Source of the DNA: an uncultured Nitrososphaeraceae archaeon
GTDB lineage: Archaea > Thermoproteota > Nitrososphaeria > Nitrososphaerales > Nitrososphaeraceae
Direction: 5' to 3'
Length of the DNA stretch: 64,000 nucleotides
Assembly (NCBI GenBank): GCA_963779615.1
Contig: CAVZZA010000003.1
Location: 992,001 to 1,056,000, forward strand
The notes below the pieces were generated by a model. That model did not search any database. It saw nothing but the letters and a program-made list of their open reading frames with translations, and was not told the DNA's origin. Position numbers and translations under genes: made by a program. The stretch's first letter is position 1; each line of letters opens with the position of its first letter. This document shows positions 34,008-45,375 of the stretch, piece by piece.

Positions 34008-34781
34008 TTATTTGACTAACTGATATTTTGATCTGTAGCCACGTGGATTTATCATCATATCATCATAATTAAAAGATGACGAATTGCCGATAATGATAGT
34101 GGTTATCATTCCCATCATATCAGGATAGTCTAACATTTTTTCCAGATCTGTAATAACTACAGATTGACTTTCTCTAAATGCACCCTTAACTATTGCTACA
34201 GGGGTTTGAGGTGTTCTGTACCTAAGGAATATATCTCGAGCGTCTTGTAGCTGATGAATTCTTTTTTTGCTAGATGGATTGTAAACCACAGTGACAAAAT
34301 CGCCTGATGCTGCAGCTTCGACTCTTTTTACAATTATCTCCCAGGGAACAAGAAGATCACTCATGCTAACAACAGCAAAATCAGTCATAAGGGGAGAGCC
34401 TATTAATGCGCTACATGAATTAAGAGAAGAAACCCCCGGAATGCATTCAACATATAGCCCATTGTTTTTTTTCCAGCCCTTCTCTGCCAGTATTTCATAG
34501 ATTAAGCCAATCATCCCATAAATTCCAGGGTCGCCTGATGAAACTAACGATACAATGTTTCCTTTCTCAGCAAAATCTATAGCTTGGTTGGCACGATCAA
34601 CCTCCTGGGTCATTGGATATCTATACACTTCTTTACCATCAATCAGATCTCCTATCAAGGAAACATAGGTTTCATACCCTACAATGATTTTACTTTCTTC
34701 AATGACTTGTTTAGCACGAAAGGTCATGTGGTCATGATGACCTGGCCCTACACCAACAACATATAATTTTCCTGAACTCAT
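34008..34781 (-). CDS. cobJ: Precorrin-3B C17-methyltransferase
   Basis: LYVVGVGPG, SSGDPGIYGM, GSPLMTDF..SMSDLL, YNPSS, INPRGY. Confidence 0.95.
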   Translation of the reverse strand: MSSGKLYVVGVGPGHHDHMTFRAKQVIEESKIIVGYETYVSLIGDLIDGKEVYRYPMTQEVDRANQAIDFAEKGNIVSLVSSGDPGIYGMIGLIYEILAEKGWKKNNGLYVECIPGVSSLNSCSALIGSPLMTDFAVVSMSDLLVPWEIIVKRVEAAASGDFVTVVYNPSSKKRIHQLQDARDIFLRYRTPQTPVAIVKGAFRESQSVVITDLEKMLDYPDMMGMITTIIIGNSSSFNYDDMMINPRGYRSKYQLVK

Positions 34782-34893
34782 GATAAAAATACCGCACCCA
34801 TTTCTTTTATTTTTTTCTTTAGCATTATCAAAATCATTAGAGTGACAATACATTATGCCACAAAGTTAACTGAATGACAAAAACACAATATTC

Positions 34894-36306
34894 CTATTTA
34901 CCTGATTTTTCTAACCCAAACTCCTTATGAAGAGATTTTACCGCTTTTTCACAATCTCATCTACAACTACAAACGCCAGGTTTAATTCTGATGAGCCCTG
35001 AGCAATCATTATTACGTTTATATTTTCTTTCGCTATAGAAGTAAAGATTTTTCCAGCGATACCTTTAATTCCACGCATTCCGGAACCAACTACGGTAACA
35101 ATTGATACTTCGTCCAAAACGCTCAAATGTTTTATCACTTTGCCAAGTAGCTTTAACTCCAAGGCGGTAATAGCTTTACCCAAATCGTCTTTGTTTAGCA
35201 CCATGGAAATGCTAGATTCTGATGGGCCCTGAGAAATCATCATTATATTGACTTTATTCTTAGCTAATGTATCAAAAATAATAGCAGCGGTTCCCGGAGA
35301 GCCCACCATACCCCCACCCCCTACATCCAATAGAGCCGTATTTCTTATAGCAATAATAGATTTGATAAATTTTTAGAAATTTTTACATCACGAGCGATAG
35401 TAGTTCCAGGGTGAGATAAATTAAATGCATTTCGAATTTTTAAAGGAATATTAGAATCCATTACCGGTTCCAAAGCCCTTGGATGGATATACTTTGCACC
35501 AAATAATACCATTTCAGCCGCCTCGGCAAAAGATATCTCATCAAGCACCTGGGCCTCATCCACTATAGATGGATCTGCGGTAAGCAATCCATCACATCAC
35601 TCCACAAATATACTTCATTTGCATTGATGCAGGAAGCAATTATTGTAGCTGTGTAATCAGAACCACTCCTACCTAAAGTTGTAATGTGTCCGTGCTGGTC
35701 AGCACCAATAAACCCGGTTATAACCGGTATTATGTCTTGTTGAATTAATGGAAGGATTTTGGAATTTACTCTAAGTTTGGTGGTATCCATCAAAGGTCTG
35801 AGCTTCTCCAAAATTAGAGTCCGTAACTATTCCGATATCCTTACCTGTAAAATACTCAGATTTTAAATTTGAATCTCTTAGAGAATAACATACAATTGGA
35901 GCTGATAAACGCTCTCCAAATGACAACATATGATCCAAAGAACGTGCAGTTATTTCAGAAATCAAAACCAAGCCATTGAGTATATCGTGGAACTCATTTA
36001 TAATGTCTGAAACAAGGCTTTTAGTTTCAAACTGCAATGCCTTGTTTGTTATTGTTCTTTCTATCAAATTCATATGAATGAATTTCATTTCATCTACAAA
36101 GATCATTATTGCGTTGCGATTGCCTTTCATTATCAAGCCAGTCAATGATAAAATTTTATCAGTAACTCCAGACAAAGCGGAAACTACACAAATTATATCA
36201 TTTTTTACATCATTTACATTTTTAAAGGATTTAATATTTTTACAACATTATTTATTTTGGATGAATCATCTAAAACAGAACCACCAAATTTCATTATTAT
36301 TTTCAT
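34894..36306 (-). CDS. lysC: Aspartate kinase with ACT domains (several apparent frameshifts, probably sequence errors)
   Basis: MKFGGS, VVSALSGVTD, SFGERLS, TLGRSGSDYTA, TADP, HPRALEP, SQGPSE and QGSSE spread over successive ORFs. Confidence 0.9.
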
Positions 36307-36422
36307 ATATATCCATTTTTAATTTAAAATAGGGTAAAATATAAATAACTATTTTATTATTAGCCTCAAAAATATTAATCTATTTTTTTACATTAGTCTA
36401 TCTTTTTTGTCGACACATTTTT

Positions 36423-37176
36423 TTAATCCTGAACTCGGGGTGCAAGATAAAAATGAATTCGTCCTATATTCGTTATTCGAAATTCAAGTCGTATCGGCAT
36501 CTTAGTAGAATACTCAATTGCTGCGGAAACCCCAACAGAACTTACTGATTTTACAATTTTTAACAAATAATCAAGACTGTATGTTGCCTTAGATTCCTCT
36601 TTGACCTCAATTTCTTCTAAACCTTCACTGTTGGGCTCCATAATGACGTCAGCTTCACCGGTATCACTTTTACCTAAAAACTCTATTTTATCAGGATAGG
36701 AGGAAATTTCTACATATTCTGAAACAACCTCTATATCCGATAAAATTTTATCAAAAGAAGACAAAGATAAGACCAATTTGGAATTAAAAGACAATTTTGG
36801 TAATGGGGTGGAGCGCAGATGAGCTTTCAATTAACCTCATTTTGTATTCTCTTTTGTAACTCCCAATTGTTTTTATTTGTAACATATCCTCATCGCTAAT
36901 AGAGACTTCAAGTTCATCTTTTTTATCCGTACGCTTGATTAATTTAGAAAATTCAGAAATTCTGACACCAAATTTTAATTCCGAATCACACTTGTAACTG
37001 TCAAATGCAGAATTAGGCCAAAAAATATCAATCAATGCAACATGCGATGGGTCCATACCTCTAAAGGAAATACCTTCAGTGGTGGCTTCAAATGTTGCTT
37101 CATCAACTAAAGTTGAAATAGCTGAAGTAATTATTTTCCATTGATCAGGAGATTTTGTTTTTGCTGCAAACATCAA
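36423..37176 (-). CDS. pcn: PCNA sliding clamp (one apparent frameshift near 36810)
   Basis: LVDEATF, MDPSHVALID, YSLDYL, FYLAPR. Confidence 0.95.
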
Positions 37177-37255
37177 GTTATATCATTTAGATTGATTTTG
37201 ATTTCAGATTTTAATATTACTAAAAAAAATCATGATGTAATTTAGCTAATCATAG

Positions 37256-37600
37256 TTAAGAATAATTTCTCCAGGTATGATTACATTTAGTGCACCGATA
37301 GAATTGAGTGGTAGCTTCATCAGCCGATCTTGTTTGCAGCATCCACCAAAATGCCAAATTATTATAACATTTGGGGCATTCGATATTAGTGGTTGGTAAA
37401 GTTTCTATAGGTTTTTCCATATCCATTATTTTTAAAGTGTTTTCAGAGTAACCATAATTTGAAACAGTTTCAACAATATTATTCGAGTTAACAGAACCTG
37501 AAACCTCGTTATCAACATTATGTCCGCATTTTACACATATTAGTATTTTTTCCTCCGGTTTATTTCTCATTCGGGTATCGCACTTTGGGCAAAACTTCAT
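37256..37600 (-). CDS. tfs: Transcription factor S (TFS/RpoM)
   Basis: MKFCPKC...CPKC...QTRSADEATT.FYRCTKC. Confidence 0.95.
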   Translation of the reverse strand: MKFCPKCDTRMRNKPEEKILICVKCGHNVDNEVSGSVNSNNIVETVSNYGYSENTLKIMDMEKPIETLPTTNIECPKCYNNLAFWWMLQTRSADEATTQFYRCTKCNHTWRNYS

Positions 37601-37647
37601 TTGTTAATCACTACCACTATCACATAACACATCATCAACTAATTAAT

Positions 37648-37926
37648 TTAATTTCCTAATGTTAATTTTAACATTCCCGATAAGTCGTTTGTATATCGTA
37701 TAGCTGAATCAACAGATTCTAAAAGAGATTTTTGCGGATCACTTTTAGTTGTCAATATTTTTAGCATGTATTCCCTGATTAAAGGATGTTTTAGTATTAC
37801 ACCAGCAAATTTGACATCGATGTTTTTTTGTATTTCGTGTTGAATAATGTATAAAACCGAAATATCCAAATCAAGAATCCTAAATTCTAATTCTTTGTCC
37901 TTTGCATGTGTAACTTCAGCATGCAT
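37648..37926 (-). CDS. rpoL: RNA polymerase subunit Rpo11/L
   Basis: VKFAGVILKHPL motif; adjacent to tfs. Confidence 0.85.
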   Translation of the reverse strand: MHAEVTHAKDKELEFRILDLDISVLYIIQHEIQKNIDVKFAGVILKHPLIREYMLKILTTKSDPQKSLLESVDSAIRYTNDLSGMLKLTLGN

Positions 37927-38021
37927 ATATAAAAGACAACTACATATTGAGGATATAAATGATACCTTCTCAGTATCTAAATTGTCTAAATTGAACAAAG
38001 AAGGAAAGTTTTATCACGGAC

Positions 38022-38510
38022 TTGATTTTAAAGAAATCACAGGACACACCCACAATTGGAGACTCGATAACCTTAAGTTTGAATTTCACCATTAATGGAA
38101 ATGTAAGAGAGATATTTACCCAAAAAAATTGGGAAAAGGCATATAACAAGCACGATAACGTATTTCGATTAGTAATCAAATTAGACATTAAAAACAACGG
38201 ACAGACTATTGATTCAAAAAAATTGCGTAGAAAAGCTATTCTATTTTGGACGCGAAATCCCAAAATTGATCATAGAATATGGATAACCATTGTAAAAGAT
38301 GAAAGTCCACATTATCCTCTAGAGGAGGAGGAAGCAAGAAACTTATTGTTTGATTTTCAAAAAAATATAGAGATAGAAGCAAGCAAACTGAAAACAGGCA
38401 AAAATAAGATCTCTGTTACAATTAACCTGTCATGGGGAAAGCATGAATATATAGAAAAAAATCAAATAATAAAAGAATCAAATATTGAAGAAATAGAGAT
38501 AGCGAAATAA
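38022..38510 (+). CDS. Conserved hypothetical protein
   Basis: 162-aa ORF, LFWTRNP. Confidence 0.65.
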   Translation: MILKKSQDTPTIGDSITLSLNFTINGNVREIFTQKNWEKAYNKHDNVFRLVIKLDIKNNGQTIDSKKLRRKAILFWTRNPKIDHRIWITIVKDESPHYPLEEEEARNLLFDFQKNIEIEASKLKTGKNKISVTINLSWGKHEYIEKNQIIKESNIEEIEIAK

Positions 38511-38614
38511 GCGAAATAAATTTGAAATACTGGCTAACGGGGTAACTATAGTAATATTTATTACGACAAAATGCTGTAATTCAATTTAAATATAACATAT
38601 AATAGCTTTTTCAC

Positions 38615-38761
38615 ATGACTAAATTTGATGGAATCAAAGGACAAGAACTATTAGATGTGGAAGAAGCACCCAATGAATTAACTTTAATCTTTAAAGACAA
38701 CAGGTTTTTATTTATCAAGATGGAAAACGGAAAGATAGTTTGCGACTCTGTTCCAGAATAA
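38615..38761 (+). CDS. Small hypothetical protein (48 aa)
   Basis: MTKFDGIKGQELLDVEE...LIFKDNRFLFIK...DSVPE; TTTAAATA box about 25-30 bp upstream; below the ORF-track cutoff. Confidence 0.65.
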   Translation: MTKFDGIKGQELLDVEEAPNELTLIFKDNRFLFIKMENGKIVCDSVPE

Positions 38762-38787
38762 TTTCAAATAAGAATTAAACACCCGTG

Positions 38788-39139
38788 TCAATTTATTTCT
38801 ATCAATATTTTTCCATTTTTTTCATAAGGGTCATAAGTTTTCAGGTCACCAGAATATCTCCAAGCCAATGTTTGTTCTTTCCACGTATCATCCCTTTTCC
38901 ATGACTTCATGTTTTCTAATTTGCCCGTGAACACATCATATTCATAACCATGCATGTAACAAACTATATTGTTTCCATGTAGATTTCCCTTTGATAAAGA
39001 TGCACCCTTATGCGGACAGACGTTATCAAATGCAAACAGCTTATCATTTATTTTACCAACAACAATTTCTAAGTTTTTTAAAGTGATTCTTCTTAAATGA
39101 ATCATTGACCAAATCATCAGACAGAATACCCGTGTCCAA
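38788..39139 (-). CDS. Rieske [2Fe-2S] ferredoxin (probable frameshift near the 5' end)
   Basis: CPHKG...CYMHG. Confidence 0.85.
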
Positions 39140-39219
39140 AATCACAACAGCATAATAAAAAAAATCTGGTTTATAAATTAACCATTAAATAAAAATACCT
39201 GTATTGGCAAACAAAACGG

Positions 39220-39483
39220 CTATAATATAGGTTTCGTCATTGATATTGATTCAGTCATTTGCTTATATAGTGCAAGAAAACGTCGTCCTTTGTCCGTAAT
39301 TTTATAAATTTGCGCACGATCGTCGTATACAATCAACCCATGCTCCGTTATTTGAGACAGATATTCTTTCATTTGAAGAAATGAAAGATATACTTTGTAC
39401 ATAATCTTAGCTTGTATTGCACCACTATCCCCAACAGTTTCCAGAATCATAGCAATTATCTCTAGGCGACTTCGATTTTTCAT
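39220..39483 (-). CDS. Winged-helix transcriptional regulator
   Basis: RSRLEIIAMIL, KIMYKVYLS, YKITDKG. Confidence 0.88.
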   Translation of the reverse strand: MKNRSRLEIIAMILETVGDSGAIQAKIMYKVYLSFLQMKEYLSQITEHGLIVYDDRAQIYKITDKGRRFLALYKQMTESISMTKPIL

Positions 39484-39797
39484 ATAATCCAGTTTTATAT
39501 ATATATTAAAAAATAAAAACAGAGCAACACTAAGAATAATAGATATGTTTTAGTGATTTTTATACTGTTATGACATTTGTAGTATCATATAGAAAATACT
39601 AATCATAAAAAAGAACGGGTTTAGCTCTAACATAAAGAGAGACTATATAATCTTAAATCACATTAAAATCAAAAGAGCAGAATCCATATCCACAGATACA
39701 ATGATGATATGCAATCAACATTTAGGTCACAGGTTAAATATTGTTCCGGCAAACAAGTATATAAAAATATAACGAATATTTTCATCATACAAATATA

Positions 39798-41109
39798 GTG
39801 TTTAAAAGAATTGCGGACATAAAAACTGATGAAAACATTGGAGAAAATATAACATTAAGAGGGTGGATACACAGATTACGAAAACAAAAAGAAAAAACAT
39901 TCATTATTTTAAGGGATGACCGCGGCGATATCATCCAAGTCATATGTCCTTCAAAGTTATGTGAAAATTTAACCATAGAGTCTTCCATTCAAATTACAGG
40001 AGCGTTAAGAAAAGATTCAAGAGCCCCCGAGGGCGAGTATGAAATAAAAGCAGATAAAATAGTGCCATTCAACATAGCAGACATAGACTATCCGATAGGG
40101 GAATACCAAAGTGAGGAGACACTTCTTGATCTATAGGCATTTGTCCCTGAGGACACGAAAAATGATAAATGTTGGAAAAATAAGAAACTCTTTATTAAAA
40201 TATTCACGTGATTGGTTTTACAAAGAAAATTGGATGGAAATAAATCCGCCAATAATAGTCAAGAGCGCAGTAGAAGGTGGGTCCACCCTATTTGAAGTAA
40301 AGTATTTTGACGATATGGCATATCTGTCACAGAGCTCACAACTGTACCTTGAATCAATGATTTATTGTTTGGGTCCGGTCTGGAGTATTACCCCATCTTT
40401 TAGAGCGGAGAAATCAAGAACCGTCAGACATCTTGCAGAATTTACCCACCTAGAAGCAGAGGCTCCATGGATTACAATGGATGACCTTATCAACATTCAG
40501 GAGAAATTGGTTTTTGACTTGGTCAAGAACATTAGGGAAAATAACATTAAGGAAATAGATTTTTTGAATAAAAACTCCAAGGTAAAATTAGAAAGAATTT
40601 CATCACCATTTGAGAAAATAACTTATAACAAAGCAATAGATGTTTTAAGATCTAAAGAGTGTAAAATAAGGGAAGAAGATAAAAAAGATCGCATAATTGA
40701 GTGGGGCGATGATCTTAATATCGAATCAGAGAGGGAACTAACAAAAGACAAAGAAAACCCCATGTTTGTTACAAATTATCCATTAGAAACCAAGCCTTTT
40801 TACGTGAAGCAAAATCCGGAGGACCCTAAAGTTGGAATGGCAGTTGATTTACTGGCACCGGAAGGATATGGAGAAATATCAGGAGGAGGGATAAGGGAAG
40901 ACAATTTGGAAAAAATAAAACTTAGAATACTTGAATCCAATCTCGAACCCAAAGACTACCAATGGTACTTGGACCTTAGGAAATATGGTTCAGTACCGCA
41001 TGGGGGTTTTGGTCTTGGGATAGAGAGAATTCTCAGATGGATTTTGGGTTTTGAAGATATCAAAGATGTTGTACTCTTTCCAAGAACGATGTCGAGAATA
41101 ACGCCATAG
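39798..41109 (+). CDS. asnS: Asparaginyl-tRNA synthetase (class IIb; apparent frameshift near 40130)
   Basis: OB-fold RGWI; YLSQSSQLY, FRAEKSRT.RHL.EF, DLLAPEGYGEI, RKYGSVPHGGFGLG. Confidence 0.85.
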
Positions 41110-41235
41110 GTATTTTACTCAATATGAGCATTTTTTAGCCCGCCAAAAGGGGTTGTATGTGAAAAATGAATACACACACCATAGCAAGGATACAATATAG
41201 TTTATACACAACAAAATCAGCAATTACACTCATTA

Positions 41236-42396
41236 ATGCAACTAACACGTGAAGAAGAAAAAGCGATTTCTGGAGAGAATGGGGAAGCCACTGCTATAGC
41301 TTATAGGGTTTTGGTTGCCATAGGAGAAGCTACAAATGCTCAAAACCTCATTCCAATCAAATGGGCGCACATTTCAGGTGTTAATTATAACACAATAGGA
41401 GATAGCGGATTAGATTTTTTAAAAAAGATAAGCAAAGATGGCAAAGTAAAAGTCAAAACTTCATTAAACCCAATGGGATTTGACAGAAAAAACATACCAG
41501 AATTGTCACAGGATTTTATAGATAAACAATTCGAAATAACGAAAATATATGAAAAGATAGGGGTTACCCCAACTTTTTCGTGCATTCCCTATGAGATATT
41601 ACCCATACCAGAATCAGGAACCCAAGTAAGTTTCGCAGAGAGCAGCGCAGCAGTATTGGCAAATTCATATTTGAACATAAAAACCAACAAGGAGAGTGCA
41701 TTAAGTGCTCTTGCTAGCGCAATTGTAGGAAAGGCACCGTTTTCGGATCTTAGAATGGAGGAATTGAGGGACCCCAGTTTTGAAATAGTAAATGAGTTAA
41801 AAATTGAAAATGAATTAGATTATGGATTGTTAGGATATTTTATTGGAAAAACAGTGAAAAAAAGCTGTACCGGCCTATGCAATGTTTCAGGAAATACAGA
41901 TTTTTGGAACATTAAATCACTCTCGGCAGGTATAGGGACATCTGGGTCTTGTGGAATGTTCCAAATCAAAGAGCAATCAAAAAACACTGAAAAAATAAGA
42001 TATGGGGACAAAGAAATGAAAAAAACAAAAGACGAGTTAAACACTTCTGAAGAGGGTCAAATGATTACATTTGGAAGCCCTCAGCTGGGCTTGGAAGAAA
42101 TTTGTAAGATCACATCCCTAATTGAAGGAAAAAAATTTACAAAACCCTGTAAAATTTTTTGCCCAAGATCGGTATTTAACAAGATTGAAGAATGTGGCAT
42201 TGCATCGACCTTACAAAAATCAGGTGTAGAGTTCATATGTGACGCCTGTACATGCCTGACTCCACTGATAAAAAAGGAGAATTGCGACAGCATAATAACA
42301 AATAGCGTAAAGGCGGCTTATTATATGAAGACATCAAACAAGGTATCAGTAGCGTTAAAGGATGTAAAAACGATTGTAAAAGACTACTCAAATTAA
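41236..42396 (+). CDS. Aconitase X catalytic subunit (phosphomevalonate dehydratase large subunit-like)
   Basis: AHISGV, SCIPY, AESSA...ANS...TNKES, CDAC, TNSVKAAYY. Confidence 0.9.
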   Translation: MQLTREEEKAISGENGEATAIAYRVLVAIGEATNAQNLIPIKWAHISGVNYNTIGDSGLDFLKKISKDGKVKVKTSLNPMGFDRKNIPELSQDFIDKQFEITKIYEKIGVTPTFSCIPYEILPIPESGTQVSFAESSAAVLANSYLNIKTNKESALSALASAIVGKAPFSDLRMEELRDPSFEIVNELKIENELDYGLLGYFIGKTVKKSCTGLCNVSGNTDFWNIKSLSAGIGTSGSCGMFQIKEQSKNTEKIRYGDKEMKKTKDELNTSEEGQMITFGSPQLGLEEICKITSLIEGKKFTKPCKIFCPRSVFNKIEECGIASTLQKSGVEFICDACTCLTPLIKKENCDSIITNSVKAAYYMKTSNKVSVALKDVKTIVKDYSN

Positions 42397-42422
42397 AATA
42401 CAACGGTAAAGAAATTAATAAA

Positions 42423-42848
42423 ATGGAGATAAAATGCAAGAGAATTGTAGGGGGCGTAACAAAAGGAAAATTACTTTTTTCCGAACAACCTCTAAATTTC
42501 CTTGCAATGCTAAATGTAAAAACAGGTCAAATAAATGACATAAATCATGATTTAAACAATCAAACTTTGAAAAGTAATATTCTTGTTTTTCCCAATGCTG
42601 TTGGAAGTAGTGTAGGAGCGTACACAATTTTTTCTTTAAAAAATAATAACACATCTCCAAACGGAATAATTTGTACAAACTCAGTGGACATTACAACCGC
42701 GTCAGGATGTGCAATATCAAACATTCCACTAGTGCATATAAATGAAAACGATTCAGTAGAATTAAAAAACTATTGCAAAGAAAAGAAAAAACATAGTGGT
42801 AGTAAAGAAGTAACACTGGATGCTGAAAAAGAGATTATTTTTTTATGA
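42423..42848 (+). CDS. Aconitase X swivel subunit (DUF126)
   Basis: ILVFPNAVGSSVG; adjacent to the large subunit. Confidence 0.9.
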   Translation: MEIKCKRIVGGVTKGKLLFSEQPLNFLAMLNVKTGQINDINHDLNNQTLKSNILVFPNAVGSSVGAYTIFSLKNNNTSPNGIICTNSVDITTASGCAISNIPLVHINENDSVELKNYCKEKKKHSGSKEVTLDAEKEIIFL

Positions 42849-43090
42849 TGACAAATCTATATAATCGATTACAGCATTAAAAACATCTCGGCATATGGCT
42901 TTCGATGGGCGAACTGACCATCATGATGGAATGAAGATAAAAGTCCATATGCCGGGATACATCTATTAAAAAACAACAAAAGCATATACAATAGAGAAAT
43001 ACGGCAAGAAATTCCTTTCATAAAAACAAATAAAAAAATATAGTTACAATGACACAAACATTTTTGTATAATTCTTTTTTAATTATACTA

Positions 43091-43309
43091 TTGGTAAAAG
43101 TTTGCCCCGAATGCGGAGGAAGTTTAAGATTAGATTCAATAACAAAAAATTTTATCTGCAAAGGATGTGGTCTTTATGCACCTAGGGAAAAATTTGAAGA
43201 GTTACGTGAAAAACTAAACAAAGGTGACGAAAAAAATGAAAAAAAAGAAGAGTATCTGGACTGGTGGCAATCCTCCAAAAAAGATAAAAAAAATCAAGGT
43301 AGTTTTTAA
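43091..43309 (+). CDS. Small zinc-ribbon protein
   Basis: CPECGG...CKGCG, EYLDWW. Confidence 0.75.
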   Translation: MVKVCPECGGSLRLDSITKNFICKGCGLYAPREKFEELREKLNKGDEKNEKKEEYLDWWQSSKKDKKNQGSF

Positions 43310-43311
43310 TT

Positions 43312-44253
43312 TTATTGGGACTCCAACAAAAAAATTGTTTTGCAAACAGAGCAAACTTCATTGGTGGAGGTACTACCACATTTTAAACAGGTCCTTTTTA
43401 AATATGGGGACAAGTTTTGATTTGAGTCCCTTATCATTTTAGAAAGCTTATTTACAGAAGCATAACAATTATACTTTATCCCGGGGTGAGTTTTTTCTAG
43501 ATCATTGAAAAATTCACGAAAATTCGATCTAATACTCTCATTCATATAAGGACATTGTTCTGCCTGAAACTCGATTCCTGAAAGAAATGCATAAAATACG
43601 ATCTCATTTTCATAAAGCTCCAAGAAAGGTTTTATTTTTTTTAATCCGCTATCATATTCTATAGGTGTCGGATACATCCATCCGATCCTATCTGCATCGC
43701 CAGAAATTAGATTTATCATAAAGGTTTGGATGTGATCATCAAGATTGTGTGCAGTTGCCATTAAATCAGCATTAACAGATTTTGCGGCAATATCAAGCGC
43801 TCTTCTTCTAAAAGCCCCACATATTGAACATGAACTGAATTTTTTTTTTGAAGATCTCTTAAGCATTGCCTCATCCATGCTCATTCCAAATAACTCTTTA
43901 TAGCTAAAAATCTTAAATGGGATATTAATTTTCTCACAGTGATTTTTGACCATATCAAGAGACTCATCACGATAATTTTCTATGCCTTCATCTATAGTTA
44001 TTGCTACAACATCATTGTCATTGCTCTTTTTTAAGATTTTTTTTAAAACAGACAAAAGTGTGAGGCTATCTTTCCCTCCAGACACCCCTACAGCTATACG
44101 TTGCCCATAGCCGATCATAGAGTATTTAGAAATTGTATGCAATGTCTTAGTTTCAATCGAATTCAAAAAGCAGGATTTACACAAGAGCTCTCCAGAATAT
44201 GCCCTCTTAAATACACTAGCATTTTCATTACATTTACTGCAATTGATCAACAA
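43312..44253 (-). CDS. ncsA: tRNA 2-thiolation protein (TIGR00269/NcsA/Ctu1 family)
   Basis: N- and C-terminal Zn fingers, SGGKDS PP-loop, CSICG, HNLDD, CPY. Confidence 0.9.
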   Translation of the reverse strand: MLINCSKCNENASVFKRAYSGELLCKSCFLNSIETKTLHTISKYSMIGYGQRIAVGVSGGKDSLTLLSVLKKILKKSNDNDVVAITIDEGIENYRDESLDMVKNHCEKINIPFKIFSYKELFGMSMDEAMLKRSSKKKFSSCSICGAFRRRALDIAAKSVNADLMATAHNLDDHIQTFMINLISGDADRIGWMYPTPIEYDSGLKKIKPFLELYENEIVFYAFLSGIEFQAEQCPYMNESIRSNFREFFNDLEKTHPGIKYNCYASVNKLSKMIRDSNQNLSPYLKRTCLKCGSTSTNEVCSVCKTIFLLESQ

Positions 44254-44325
44254 TATAATAAAAACAAATAGGCATGCCGTTTAAAAGTTTAATAAAAATA
44301 AAAACAAAAATAAATGTGAATCGTT

Positions 44326-44835
44326 TTAGGGATTGTTGGAAAATGATTTGGCAAATGAAATCCATGCATTAAAAGTATTTGTACTATAATCATTATAGGC
44401 GTCGATTGCTTTATTGTAAATTTTTAGGTTTTCTCGTGTGTTATCTATCGTGTCAAAATTATAATTATTGCTAGCGTTAAAAGCGTTAACAAAATTATCA
44501 ATATTTTCGCTTGATTTTTTGAATAGTTGTTGATATGTTTCATTTGGCTGGGATTGTGACACATTGACAAATTCCCTTATGAAACGTTTTTGGTGAGAGA
44601 TGGTTTTATTAATTGTATCCTTGGCCGCCTGAATAGCATCCAATTGAAAATCAGACATGGACTGTAAAAATCTTGGTTGAATTTTAACATATTCATCAAT
44701 TGACTTAATCAAATTCTCCTTTATAGCATCAAGAGTTTTTGCCATTGTTTGCTCGGTTAAATTAATATAGGTATTTGAATTTTTTTGCACATTTTCAACA
44801 TTACTCGAACTCTTTAGGTCATTGGAATGGCTCAT
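44326..44835 (-). CDS. Helical Asn/Gln-rich protein, phasin-like
   Basis: Amphipathic all-helical composition. Confidence 0.55.
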   Translation of the reverse strand: MSHSNDLKSSSNVENVQKNSNTYINLTEQTMAKTLDAIKENLIKSIDEYVKIQPRFLQSMSDFQLDAIQAAKDTINKTISHQKRFIREFVNVSQSQPNETYQQLFKKSSENIDNFVNAFNASNNYNFDTIDNTRENLKIYNKAIDAYNDYSTNTFNAWISFAKSFSNNP

Positions 44836-44870
44836 AACATATTAACAATATAATCCTTTATAAACTTATA

Positions 44871-44922
44871 CAGAAAAAACCTTTATTTTCCAGAAAAAGC
44901 CTTTATTTTCCAGAAAAAACCA
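44871..44922. repeat. 20-bp tandem repeat, about 2.5 copies
   Basis: CAGAAAAA(A/G)CCTTTATTTTC repeated. Confidence 0.8.
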
Positions 44923-44946
44923 TAAATTGGCTACAACAAAAAAAAA

Positions 44947-45375
44947 TTAAATTTTTGTTCCGCAGTTTGCGCAGAACTTTTGTGAGTCCCCAGCTTGGGT
45001 ACCACAGTTGGTACAGAATTTACCGCCTCCTGTGCTAGAACCATCATAAGATGCTTGGATTGTTCTTTTCTTACCTTTTGTACCGGCAGCAAAGAATGCA
45101 GCTGCAACTCCCCCTATAATTACCCCTATTATAATCATCAGTATCAATGAATTATCAAGATTGGAGCCAAACATTGCAGTACCAGAACCATATGCACCCT
45201 GTTGTTGAGCATTTGAAATCTTTTCTTTTGCTAATTGAAGCTGTTCCTCAAGGGTTACTCCCCCTTGACCGGATGGAGCAGAATACTGTGCGAATGCAAT
45301 ATTGAGAGAGGGTACCACCACTAAAGCGCCTAGTACCAATGAAAAAGCGGCCATCATTGAATGAGCCTTGTTCAT
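44947..45375 (-). CDS. Membrane protein with a C-terminal zinc ribbon
   Basis: Signal peptide, TM, FCTNCG...FCANCG. Confidence 0.8.
   Translation of the reverse strand: MNKAHSMMAAFSLVLGALVVVPSLNIAFAQYSAPSGQGGVTLEEQLQLAKEKISNAQQQGAYGSGTAMFGSNLDNSLILMIIIGVIIGGVAAAFFAAGTKGKKRTIQASYDGSSTGGGKFCTNCGTQAGDSQKFCANCGTKI

Noticed and set aside
34894-37176. Programmed frameshifting in lysC and pcn
   Set aside because: Too many indels with no common slippery motif; error is more parsimonious
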